From Gemmatimonadota bacterium (lineage in GTDB: Bacteria > Gemmatimonadota > Gemmatimonadetes > Palauibacterales > Palauibacteraceae): 64,000 nt of DNA. The position numbers and the translations under genes were made by a program. The stretch covers positions 1,056,001 to 1,120,000 of the forward strand of contig OZ220691.1 in the NCBI GenBank assembly GCA_965116475.1, written 5' to 3'. Shown here piece after piece: positions 55,743 through 64,000 of the stretch. The notes under the pieces are model-generated. The model saw only the letters and a program-made list of their open reading frames with translations. It was not told the DNA's origin and made no database searches. Position 1 is the first letter of the stretch, and the number at the start of each line of letters is the position of its first letter.

Positions 55743-56032
55743 CGGATCCGCTGCGCGACCTTGAGCTTCTTCGCGTGGCCAAACGCATGGTGTGGTTCAA
55801 GCCGCCGGAGGACACGCTGCGCGACCCGGTGTTCTTCCTCAACCACGTCATGACCTGGGGCACGGTCGACGACATCCGGGTCGCCCGGTCTTGTTTCGAC
55901 GAGGACGATTTCAGGACCGCCCTGAGACAGGCTCACCCCGGGATACTCGATCCTCGCTCATGGACCTACTGGCACCTGGTGCTGGGGATCGGCCCAGCTC
56001 CGCCGCTGCCGGAGCGCCGCCTGCCCGAATAG
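55739..56032 (+). CDS. Small hypothetical protein, probable partner (antitoxin-like) of the nucleotidyltransferase
   Basis: ATGA overlap; VWF..P...L, VMT.GT..D, PG..D.RSW.YW. Confidence 0.7.
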   Translation: MTDPLRDLELLRVAKRMVWFKPPEDTLRDPVFFLNHVMTWGTVDDIRVARSCFDEDDFRTALRQAHPGILDPRSWTYWHLVLGIGPAPPLPERRLPE

Positions 56033-56166
56033 GGGTGCTTCAGTACGACTCAGTGCGGAGGGCGTCGATGCGGAGGGCGACGCCTTCTTCGTAGCCGGGC
56101 TCTTCGAAGCCCGCGCGCTTGAACTGGATGAACCCCGCCCCGTCCAGGTGTTGCGGGAAGCGTCGG

Positions 56167-57156
56167 TCACGAGGGATCGAGGCTCGGGGTCACGATCAGG
56201 ATGAGCACGGGGTCTTCGGCGGAACGGCGAGCCGAGCCCAGCACCACCCTCTGGCCATCGCGAATCGTGACGGAGGCTTCGAGAAGGGGCCCGAGCACCT
56301 CCATCCGGAAGACCCCTCCCTCACGCTCCTGTAACCGCGAGGTGCCGGAAGTTTCTCCGGCGAGAGTCACCTTCGCACGGACATTCCTGGTGGCACGTCG
56401 TGCACTGATCTCTGCGTGGATCGTAAGCGGCGTTGCCGAATCACCGGCGACGATTCTCTGGGATCCGGTGCCGCCTACCCTGACGTTCGAGGTCCGCGCC
56501 AAGCCGACGTTCAGGATCGAAGTCGACAGGAGTCGGTACCCCTGGAAGTTGAACAGCCGCTTGAGTTCGCTCACGACATCGCTGATCTCCGGGTCGTCAT
56601 CCGTGAAACCGTCCGCCTCGACCAGGTGGAAGACGAGCTGCACGTTCCGCACGGTCTCCACGGCATCCTCGCGCTCCTGCGCGCTCGCGGTGCCCGGGAG
56701 GTCCTGCGCCGACAGCCGCTCCACCGTGAACGGGAACTTCACCTGCGGCGTCTCGCCCACCACCCCCGTCACGACGATGTCCTGGCGGCGAAGGGCCGTC
56801 TGCTCCACGGCGAAGTCCGCCGTCGCCACCCGGCCCGACGCCACCGTCACCGTCTGCGACAGCTCGTGGTAGCCGATCAGGCGCACCGTCACGGTCTGCT
56901 CGCCCGCCGGCACCCCCTCCAGCCGGTACGTGCCTTCCGGACCCGACAGCGTACCGATCACCGTTGTTCCCGCGACAAACACCTGCGCGCCGGCCACCGG
57001 GGCCAGCGACTCCGCATCGGTCACCATCCCCGACACCGCTCCCTGAGCGAGCAGCGGGGCCGCGCCGATAAAGAGCGGAGGGAGGCCGAAGGCCAGCGAC
57101 GCGATCAACGCGCCTCGGATATTCTGTCTCGCTCTCGCGTTCACCTTGCCGGTCAT
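56167..57156 (-). CDS. Carboxypeptidase-regulatory-like (SusC N-terminal) domain fused to an unknown domain
   Basis: VSG.VTDA....PV.GAQV, G.Y.L..VPAG, IGY, IVVTG; then an unrelated C-terminus ending T.RDGQ.VVLG...LILIVTP. Confidence 0.7.
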   Translation of the reverse strand: MTGKVNARARQNIRGALIASLAFGLPPLFIGAAPLLAQGAVSGMVTDAESLAPVAGAQVFVAGTTVIGTLSGPEGTYRLEGVPAGEQTVTVRLIGYHELSQTVTVASGRVATADFAVEQTALRRQDIVVTGVVGETPQVKFPFTVERLSAQDLPGTASAQEREDAVETVRNVQLVFHLVEADGFTDDDPEISDVVSELKRLFNFQGYRLLSTSILNVGLARTSNVRVGGTGSQRIVAGDSATPLTIHAEISARRATRNVRAKVTLAGETSGTSRLQEREGGVFRMEVLGPLLEASVTIRDGQRVVLGSARRSAEDPVLILIVTPSLDPS

Positions 57157-57557
57157 CAGTCACTCTCCTCCGGGTTGAGCAGCCATACGACGGCGATATC
57201 GGGGTCGTTCGTGGGGAAGACGACGAACGGCCGGTCGGCCTCCACGTCCATGTCGCTCACCATGCTCCGCGTGGGCGACGTGAGGGGGACGCCGCTCTCT
57301 TCGATGGCGCCGTCGGGCAACAGGAGCAGGGCCGCCACGACGGCGGCCGCCGCGAGCGGCGCCACCGTCCACCTGCGCCACGCGGGTCGCCGACCCACCC
57401 GCGCGGCGTGCGCTACGGCCGCGGCGTGCTCTGGCGGCGCGACGGGCAGGCCGTCGCTCACCTGGTTGGCCATCGCCGACAGGACGGCGTGCATGTTCCG
57501 CTCGTCGCGGGCGATGCGCTCCGCGTCCCGACGCCCCGGGGCGTCCCGTTCCGTCAT
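57156..57557 (-). CDS. Putative anti-sigma membrane protein
   Basis: Coupled to the ECF sigma; single TM (PLAAAAVVAALLLL). Confidence 0.65.
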   Translation of the reverse strand: MTERDAPGRRDAERIARDERNMHAVLSAMANQVSDGLPVAPPEHAAAVAHAARVGRRPAWRRWTVAPLAAAAVVAALLLLPDGAIEESGVPLTSPTRSMVSDMDVEADRPFVVFPTNDPDIAVVWLLNPEESD

Positions 57558-58138
57558 CGTTTCCCCTCGGTTCCCCTCTCCACGGGTCGCGCCAGCATCT
57601 CCTTCCGCATCCGGCGCCGCGCGCGCATCAGGTGGACCCGCAGCGTGTTCGGGTTCATCTGCAGCAGCCGCGCCGCCTCCGCGGGCCTCAGTCCCTGCAG
57701 GTCCACCAGGTCGAAGACCTCCCGCTGCATCATGGGCAGTTCCGTCACGAGCGTTCGAATCAGGCGCAGCGTCCGTCTCATCTCGATCTCATCCAGCGGG
57801 TCCTCCAACTCGGGCGCCCACGACTCGGCGAGCCACTCCGCCTTCTCGGCCAACCGCTGCGCCTGCCGCCTCTCCCGCTGGCGATCCAGGCTGGCGTTCC
57901 GCGTGATCCGGTAGACCCAGCTCGTCACCCTGGAGCGCCCATCGAAGCTCGCGAGCGAGCTCAGCGTCTTCATCAGGACGACCTGTGCGACATCCTCCGC
58001 GTCATCCGGATCGCCGGTCATGACCAGGGCCCACCGGCATACCAGGGGACGGAGGGCGCCCGCCAGTCTCTCGCGCGCCCCTCGTTCTCCCTGCCTGGCC
58101 CCTTCGACCAGTTCCAGGATCTCTCGGTCGGAGAGCAT
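57554..58138 (-). CDS. ECF RNA polymerase sigma factor
   Basis: DAEDVAQ, F.G.S...SW.YRI..N, LP..QR.VF.L....G....E.A..L, L.RAR. Confidence 0.92.
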   Translation of the reverse strand: MLSDREILELVEGARQGERGARERLAGALRPLVCRWALVMTGDPDDAEDVAQVVLMKTLSSLASFDGRSRVTSWVYRITRNASLDRQRERRQAQRLAEKAEWLAESWAPELEDPLDEIEMRRTLRLIRTLVTELPMMQREVFDLVDLQGLRPAEAARLLQMNPNTLRVHLMRARRRMRKEMLARPVERGTEGKR

Positions 58139-58239
58139 GGCGCTCCCGGTCCCTTCCCCCTCGCGTGGTTTCGAGAGTGAGACGGAAAATGAAGGTAGAG
58201 CGTTTACCCGGCGCGCTGTTGCGGTCGTCTACGTCGTCA

Positions 58240-59430
58240 TTACTCGCCGAATTCGACCAGGTCGTAGAGGGCGACGGTCGGGACGCCGAATTCGTCGCGC
58301 TGGCGCAGGAGCACCCAGTCGCGGCCCGCGTCGAGGACGACTCCGCTCGGCAACACAAGTCGCCGCAGCCATGCGCCGCTCGCGTCCAGGAGGTGCAGTT
58401 CCTCCCCTGGCGCCAGCCACCCGTGGGTTTTGACCCAGAAGGCGCCGTCCGGGAGCGCGATCAGGGCTTCGTACGCGGGGAAGCGCTCCGGAAGTTGATC
58501 GCGGCGGTCCGGCCAGGATTCCCGGTCGAAGCGCCGACGGCGCTCCGGGTCGTTGTATCGCGCCAGGAGAGCTTCCCGATACGCGTCGACGCGATCGTCC
58601 GTCACCGCGAGCCCGGGGCCGGCCCAGCGGGCGACCCGCGTGACCCGGCCCGTCCAGTCCACGTGCTCGAGTTCGTAGTCATCCGCCGTCCCGTACCACA
58701 CGCCCGTGCCCACGGGCGCAAATACTGCGTCCTTCCCCCAATCGCGCGGACCGCTCGACCCAGGCTGGATGAAGAACCGTTCAGCGCCCGGAATCCCCGA
58801 GCGCAGGGTCGCGACGCTGTCCCCCTCGGCGGCCACGAGGGCCGTGCGCCACCGGTAGACGTCCCCCTCGGCCAGGCCCTCCTCGTAGCTCTCGCCCATG
58901 TCGTCGGGCCAGGGCGTGTACACGAGCCGGCCGTCGGGTGCGCAGGTGAGATCGCCGTAGGGACGAACGCCCGCCGCAACCAGCGAACGGGAGTCGAGCA
59001 CGTTGCCATCGACATCCAGCTCGGTGATGCGGTCGAGGCTCCAGTCGAAGGCGGTGAGCGGCGCGCCGGGGCAGTTCCTGAGCAGCCGCAGCCCCGTGTA
59101 CTCGCCCGGCCCCTCCCCCGAACGTCCGCTCGTCCACACGTGGCGTCCGTTCGGGTCGTAGCGGCGCAGGTTGGCGCTCTGCTCATCCGCGACGACGATG
59201 CTCCCGTCTTCGAGACGAACCCCGCCCGTCACATTGCCGAAGATGTACTCCAGCGAACCGTCCACGATGCCGATTCGCAGCAGCGGCTCGTCCGCCAGCG
59301 TCAGGTCGGGGTCGCGCGGCGCCGCGCTCTCGACCACTTCCTGGGCGTCGAGGGCCCGCCGCGGCACGAGGATCGAAACCGTGAAGAGTAGTACGGCGCC
59401 GGCTGGCGGCCCGAGTCTCGGTCGGTGCAT
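58240..59430 (-). CDS. 6-bladed beta-propeller (NHL/TolB-like) exported protein
   Basis: LRIG, DG.IVVAD, GR.GEGPGEY, D..G..WV-like segment, DEFGVP.V..Y. Confidence 0.8.
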   Translation of the reverse strand: MHRPRLGPPAGAVLLFTVSILVPRRALDAQEVVESAAPRDPDLTLADEPLLRIGIVDGSLEYIFGNVTGGVRLEDGSIVVADEQSANLRRYDPNGRHVWTSGRSGEGPGEYTGLRLLRNCPGAPLTAFDWSLDRITELDVDGNVLDSRSLVAAGVRPYGDLTCAPDGRLVYTPWPDDMGESYEEGLAEGDVYRWRTALVAAEGDSVATLRSGIPGAERFFIQPGSSGPRDWGKDAVFAPVGTGVWYGTADDYELEHVDWTGRVTRVARWAGPGLAVTDDRVDAYREALLARYNDPERRRRFDRESWPDRRDQLPERFPAYEALIALPDGAFWVKTHGWLAPGEELHLLDASGAWLRRLVLPSGVVLDAGRDWVLLRQRDEFGVPTVALYDLVEFGE

Positions 59431-59518
59431 TTGCGGCCCCCGGGGAGGTGTGGACAGGGAACGTCGATCTCGGACCGGAGACACAGGTTCGACGCAGGAA
59501 AGTTGTGTCGCGTTTATC

Positions 59519-59920
59519 TCACGCGCGACGGAGCTCGACTCGCGAGCGGAACCAGTCGGCGATCGCTTCCTCGTCGAGTTCGCCCGCGGCGAGGGCCCAC
59601 ATCTTCCCCGCGACCTCCTCCTCCGGCGCGACGAGATCCAGGCCATTGAGGCCGAGAAAGATGACCGCGGCGACGAACGAGATCCGCTTGTTTCCGTCCC
59701 GAAACGGGTGGCCGGAGCAGATGCCGAAGGCGTAGCAGGCAGCGAGGCGGGGCAGATCCGAGTTCGCATCGTAGGTCCACCTTTGGCGTGCCCGGGCCAG
59801 GGCGGCCTCGAGGGCATCCTCGTCGCGAAGGCCGAGCAAACCGCCGTGTTCGCGAACCTGGTCGAGTTGGACGGCCTCGACAACGACCCGGGGAACCCAG
59901 CGCGGCTCCAGCCGGGTCAC
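59519..59920 (-). CDS. doc: Death-on-curing (Doc/Fic) family toxin
   Basis: HGG..GLRD...LE.AL.R, HPFRDGNKR, FL.LNG. Confidence 0.92.
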   Translation of the reverse strand: MTRLEPRWVPRVVVEAVQLDQVREHGGLLGLRDEDALEAALARARQRWTYDANSDLPRLAACYAFGICSGHPFRDGNKRISFVAAVIFLGLNGLDLVAPEEEVAGKMWALAAGELDEEAIADWFRSRVELRRA

Positions 59921-60144
59921 TTCGCCAAGTCTCTCAATGCCCTCCGGTATCGCTTCTGGGCCTCGACCGCGATCGCGAGCCCGTCGTCCACATCCGGGTC
60001 GTAGGGGCTCAGCAGGATCCCGTTCGCCGTCTCGACCGCGAGCACTTCGTCACCCGCCTCGAGGTGGAGACGTTGCGCCATGTCTCTTGGCAGCGTAGCC
60101 CCGACGGACCCGCCCATGCGCCGCAGTTTCACGCTTCGAACCAT
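59917..60144 (-). CDS. AbrB/MazE family antitoxin
   Basis: KLRR.GGS.G.TLP, L..GD, L.PYDP, YR.AL..LAK; overlaps doc. Confidence 0.9.
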   Translation of the reverse strand: MVRSVKLRRMGGSVGATLPRDMAQRLHLEAGDEVLAVETANGILLSPYDPDVDDGLAIAVEAQKRYRRALRDLAK

Positions 60145-60262
60145 GAACCCTCGTCCTTTCGTGTAGCACCTCAATGCTACGATATTCTGCACCTATCGTT
60201 CCGGCAAGTTGAAGGTCGTATGATGGGACGGAGTCCCGTTCACCCTTGGTATCGAGGTTCAG

Positions 60263-62500
60263 ATGCGTTCCCTTCCCGTCGCCCTCGTTCTTCCCTTCGC
60301 CGCGCTTGCACTGCCGTTTGAGACGCCGCTCGCCGCGCAGGAGCGGCCGTTCACGTTCATGGATGTGCAGGAGATGAAACGCGCCGGTTCGTGGACGCCG
60401 AGTCCGGACGGGGCGTGGATGCTGTACACCGTGACGACGCCCGACTGGGAGGCGGCGGAGTCGCAGACGGACATCCACCTCGTGTCGCTGAGCGAGGGCG
60501 TCGCGTCGGACCGCCGGCTCACCTACACCGAGGACAAGGATGAGCGCAGCCCGACGTGGGCCCCGGACGGGTCGTTCTTCCTCTTCGCCTCCAACCGGGA
60601 TGGGGACGACACCCAGCTCTACATGATGCGCCACGACGGGGGCGAAGCCCGGAAGATCACCGACGCGGCAGAGGGCGTGTCCGGCTTCGCGTTCAGCCCC
60701 GACGGACGCTGGCTCGTCTACCGCTCCGGGGAGAACGGCCGGGAACAACTCTATCGGCTGCCGGCCGACGACCTCGCCGGGGCCGATCCCGAGCAGCTCA
60801 CCGACGGCGAGGCGGGCGTCGACCAGTGGGATTTCTCCCCCGACGGAAGCCGCGTCTACTTCGCGCGCCCCGATTCGTTCGACGAGGACGAGGTGAAGCG
60901 GCGCGAGGAGGGCTTCACGGTCGACGTGCGCAACGCGGTCACCCCGCTCTCGAGCCTGTGGAGCGTGGAGATCGAGACCGCCACGGAGCGCCGCGAGACG
61001 GACGATCCGTCGTACAGCGTGAACGGCTTCACGATCTCCGATGACGGACGCTGGATCGGGATCACGGGCGGCTCGACCAGGCGCTACGAGCGCAACATCA
61101 CGGCGCAGCGCCTCTACGCGGACCTCTATCTGATGGAAGTCGCGACCGGCGAGATCGAGCGACTGACGGACAACTACGAGGTCGGCGAGGGCGGGCTCAG
61201 CTTCTCCCCGGACGGGCGCTGGGTCGCCTTCTCGGCGCCGGACGAGATGGAGCGCTACTCGATGACGGAGAGCCGCGTCTACATCCGCGAGGTGGACGAC
61301 CGCGGGGGCGCGTTCCGGAAGCTGGGGGCGGAGTTCGACCAGAGTTCGAGCGTCGGGTTCTGGTCCGGGGATTCGAACACGATCTACTTCAACGCCGGCG
61401 TGAAGGTGACGACGCAGTTGCACGCGCTGGACGTGGAGACCGGCGCGGTGCGGCAACTCACCGAGGAGCGGGCCGCACTCTCCGTGTCCGAGGATGACGA
61501 CACCGGCACGATCCTGATCAACTACAGCGACCCGAAGACGCCCCCCACCGTGTTCGCCGTCGCGAGCGTGGCCGACGTCCCGGACCGCTCGAAGTGGACG
61601 CAACTCGTCGACGTGAACCCGCAGTTGCGCGAGGTGGCGTTCGGCGACGAGGCCGAGGTCAACTGGCGCTCGTCGGACGGGAAGATGGTCGGCGGCGTCC
61701 TCGTCTACCCCGTTGGCTACGAGGAGGGGACGCGCTATCCGCTCATCGTCGCGATCCACGGGGGCCCGGCGTCGGCCGACATCCTGCGCTTCAACGGCGG
61801 CTACAACGCGCAGGTCTACGCGGGCGCGGGCTACGCCGTGCTCAAGCCCAACTACCGCGGCTCGCGCAACTACGGCAACGCGCACCGCACGGACATCGTC
61901 GGCGACTACTTCACGATGGGCTACGAGGACATCATGACGGGCGTCGACCACCTGATCGCCGAGGGGATCGTGGACGGCGACCGCATGGGCGCGCTGGGCT
62001 GGAGCGCCGGCGGCCACTGGTCCAACTGGATCCTCACGCAGACGGACCGCTTCAAGGCGATCAGTTCGGGCGCCGGGACGATGAACTGGATCAGCATGTA
62101 CGCGCAGAGCGACGTGCAGCGGAACCGCCAGTTCTACGTCGGCGACGGCTTCCTGTACGAGGACTTCGACACCTACTTCGACCAGTCCCCGCTCAAGTAC
62201 ATCGCGAACGCGACGACGCCGACCATGATCCACGTGGTGGAGGGCGACCCGCGCGTGCCGAGCCCGCAGTCGGTGGAACTCCACATGGCGCTCAAGAAGC
62301 TGGACGTGCCGACGGAACTGTTCATGTATCCGGGGCGCAGCCACGGCATCCCGGATCCGCGCAACCGGCTCGTCAAGGCGGTGAGCGAGATGGCGTGGAT
62401 GGACTACTACGTGCGCGGCATCGGCGAGAAGTTCCAGTGGCGCCAGGTCCTCGAAACCCTCGAAGGCGAGGAGGCCCCCACCGTCGTCTCGGAACGCTAG
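60263..62500 (+). CDS. S9 family peptidase with TolB/WD40-like propeller
   Basis: Repeated SPDG; IHGGP, PNYRGS..YG, GWSAGG, D.RVP, SHG. Confidence 0.92.
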   Translation: MRSLPVALVLPFAALALPFETPLAAQERPFTFMDVQEMKRAGSWTPSPDGAWMLYTVTTPDWEAAESQTDIHLVSLSEGVASDRRLTYTEDKDERSPTWAPDGSFFLFASNRDGDDTQLYMMRHDGGEARKITDAAEGVSGFAFSPDGRWLVYRSGENGREQLYRLPADDLAGADPEQLTDGEAGVDQWDFSPDGSRVYFARPDSFDEDEVKRREEGFTVDVRNAVTPLSSLWSVEIETATERRETDDPSYSVNGFTISDDGRWIGITGGSTRRYERNITAQRLYADLYLMEVATGEIERLTDNYEVGEGGLSFSPDGRWVAFSAPDEMERYSMTESRVYIREVDDRGGAFRKLGAEFDQSSSVGFWSGDSNTIYFNAGVKVTTQLHALDVETGAVRQLTEERAALSVSEDDDTGTILINYSDPKTPPTVFAVASVADVPDRSKWTQLVDVNPQLREVAFGDEAEVNWRSSDGKMVGGVLVYPVGYEEGTRYPLIVAIHGGPASADILRFNGGYNAQVYAGAGYAVLKPNYRGSRNYGNAHRTDIVGDYFTMGYEDIMTGVDHLIAEGIVDGDRMGALGWSAGGHWSNWILTQTDRFKAISSGAGTMNWISMYAQSDVQRNRQFYVGDGFLYEDFDTYFDQSPLKYIANATTPTMIHVVEGDPRVPSPQSVELHMALKKLDVPTELFMYPGRSHGIPDPRNRLVKAVSEMAWMDYYVRGIGEKFQWRQVLETLEGEEAPTVVSER

Positions 62501-62525
62501 CCGAAGCCCGGGAGCGGGTGAGACC

Positions 62526-63617
62526 GTGAGCCGCCTGGTCTGGCGGGCGACCTGGGTTGCGGCCACCGTCGCGCTCGTGGTGGTGCCTTTCGGTTACGCG
62601 ATCACCGAGGTCCACCGGGACGTCTTGATGGGAGCGGGCTGCGGGCTCGCCATCGGAGTGGGTATCGGTCTCCGGGGAGGCGCGCAGGCCGGCCCCTGGA
62701 TGGGGATCCTGATCGGTTCGATTGTCGGGATCTTCACCGCGTTGGTCGCCGGCGTGGCCCCCTGGGACGGACTCGGGGTTCTTGTGCCACCCATTCTGGC
62801 CCTGGCGGTCGGCATGCATGATGGGCTCCGCGAGACTTCCTTCTCTCGCTATCGGGACATGAGCCGCGAGACGTTCATCGTGTCCGTCCTGCTCGGCCTG
62901 GGGTTCTTCCCCGGCCTGGTCGCGTCGGGAGAGTTGGAGGCCGCGGTGATGTTCACGATGGCTCCGCTCGCATGCATGCCCTGGATCGCGCTGATATCCG
63001 GCCTGCTCAGCCACCGCCGCGAGGGATGGCACGATACACGTCCCCCGCGACTGCTGGTCGTGAGTGCGGTGCTGCTGCTTGCTTTGCTGCTCTATCTGAT
63101 GGTGGACGAGCAAATGAGGCTGGATCGTGTAGCCCAACGCACGGTCCCTGCCCTGCAATACGTCGGTATCATGGGGCTTGGGCTGGCCGCGGTCTCCGCC
63201 GGCGCGTTTCTGCTGGGGCGCGTCGTCATCATGTGGTTGCAGCCGCGGCTCCGGGTGTACGGCCGGCTTGCCGACTACCTGCGCATCATGTGGGTCCCCA
63301 TCGGCGGGTTCGCGGTCGGCTACCTGATGATCATCGTGCTGTTCGCCGGCTTCTACGGAATGCTGGAGCGGTTCAGCCCCGGGGCGTTCGCCGACGCCGC
63401 CGTCGGGATCAAGGAATGGATCTTCTTCGCGTTCTACACCGGCCTCGCCCAGGACTACGCGACCGTCGTCCCCGTCTCGGACGGCGCCCGTTTGCTCGTC
63501 GGCGCCCACCTGATCCTCTCGGCGGGGTGGGTCGTCGTACTGTTCGCGGCGGTGATGTCGTTCATCGGCCCGAAACTGGAGAGGATCGCCAGACGCCACG
63601 CGGAGGAAGAATCGTGA
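62526..63617 (+). CDS. Multi-pass membrane protein with C-terminal two-TM ion-channel-like segment
   Basis: Many TM helices; FAGFY...FFAFYT....Y..VVPVS..AR pattern. Confidence 0.65.
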   Translation: MSRLVWRATWVAATVALVVVPFGYAITEVHRDVLMGAGCGLAIGVGIGLRGGAQAGPWMGILIGSIVGIFTALVAGVAPWDGLGVLVPPILALAVGMHDGLRETSFSRYRDMSRETFIVSVLLGLGFFPGLVASGELEAAVMFTMAPLACMPWIALISGLLSHRREGWHDTRPPRLLVVSAVLLLALLLYLMVDEQMRLDRVAQRTVPALQYVGIMGLGLAAVSAGAFLLGRVVIMWLQPRLRVYGRLADYLRIMWVPIGGFAVGYLMIIVLFAGFYGMLERFSPGAFADAAVGIKEWIFFAFYTGLAQDYATVVPVSDGARLLVGAHLILSAGWVVVLFAAVMSFIGPKLERIARRHAEEES

Positions 63618-64000
63618 ACCGGTTGATCTCGCTGGGGGTCCGGATTGCGGCCGCCGTCGCCTTCATCGTCGCGACCTGCGGGTATGCGATCACGGGGAAC
63701 CACACCGACGTCTTGCTGGGAGCGGGGTGTGCGGTCGCCATCGGCTTGGGCGTGGGTCTTCGCGGGGGATCGAGCGGGGGCCCGGGGGTCGGCATCCTGA
63801 TCGGCTCGATCGTGGGGGTCGTCACGGCGTTCCTGGCCGGCGCGCTGAGCGTCGGTTGGGGCGTCATCATTCCGCCCCTCGGTCCATTGGCGGTCGGCTT
63901 GATCGGCGGGCTGGACCGGTCGTCCCTCTCCGGGTACCGGGATGTGAGCCGGGAGATGTTCGTCGTGGCGGTCCTGCTGAGCCTGGGGTTCATCCCCGCG
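63614..64000 (+). CDS. Tandem paralogue of the preceding membrane protein (partial)
   Basis: GTGA overlap; GYAIT..H.DVL.GAGC..AIG.G.GLRGG...GILIGSIVG and YRD.SRE.F shared with the upstream gene. Confidence 0.8.
   Translation, partial: MNRLISLGVRIAAAVAFIVATCGYAITGNHTDVLLGAGCAVAIGLGVGLRGGSSGGPGVGILIGSIVGVVTAFLAGALSVGWGVIIPPLGPLAVGLIGGLDRSSLSGYRDVSREMFVVAVLLSLGFIPA

Noticed and set aside
136-62566. Many long overlapping ORFs (e.g. 136-2505, 3317-5332, 34804-37236, 53030-55444, 60050-62566)
   Set aside because: Antisense or off-frame shadows of motif-supported genes, expected in high-GC DNA; Arg/Pro/Gly-rich with no motifs.

Overview
GC-rich bacterial window. Gene content (Tat/lipoprotein-rich envelope proteins, S9 peptidases, 6-bladed propellers, sponge-type RiPP cluster) suggests a Gemmatimonadota-like, possibly sponge-associated genome; this taxonomy is inference only. 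It has core-like transport and hydrolase genes plus two notable accessory blocks. (1) At ~21.4-37.2 kb is an NHLP/proteusin RiPP cluster: a precursor with core LCCCW, a YcaO cyclodehydratase, a Trp-halogenase-family enzyme and NHLP ABC exporters, resembling the published sponge srp clusters. It also carries unexplained proteins: an NHLP leader fused to a class II terpene-cyclase-like domain, a possible prenyltransferase-fold protein, and an AlkB-type di-iron hydroxylase fused to a degenerate GlnE domain. (2) At ~45.8-52.9 kb is a visibly lower-GC island bracketed by a duplicated 3' end of an S9 peptidase gene. It encodes an M.AquI-like two-subunit C5 methyltransferase whose target-recognition subunit is fused to an HhH-GPD [4Fe-4S] glycosylase. 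Facing it is a three-gene operon (alphaCTD/sigma4 protein, wHTH-like protein, GHKL/MORC-type ATPase) with no recognisable restriction nuclease. This island is the best candidate for an undescribed defence or DNA-modification system. There are also two intact TA modules, a TA remnant, an ECF sigma operon and several short tandem duplications at gene ends. No rRNA, tRNA, CRISPR array, integrase or transposase was recognised. All family calls come from motif recognition by eye, not database searches.
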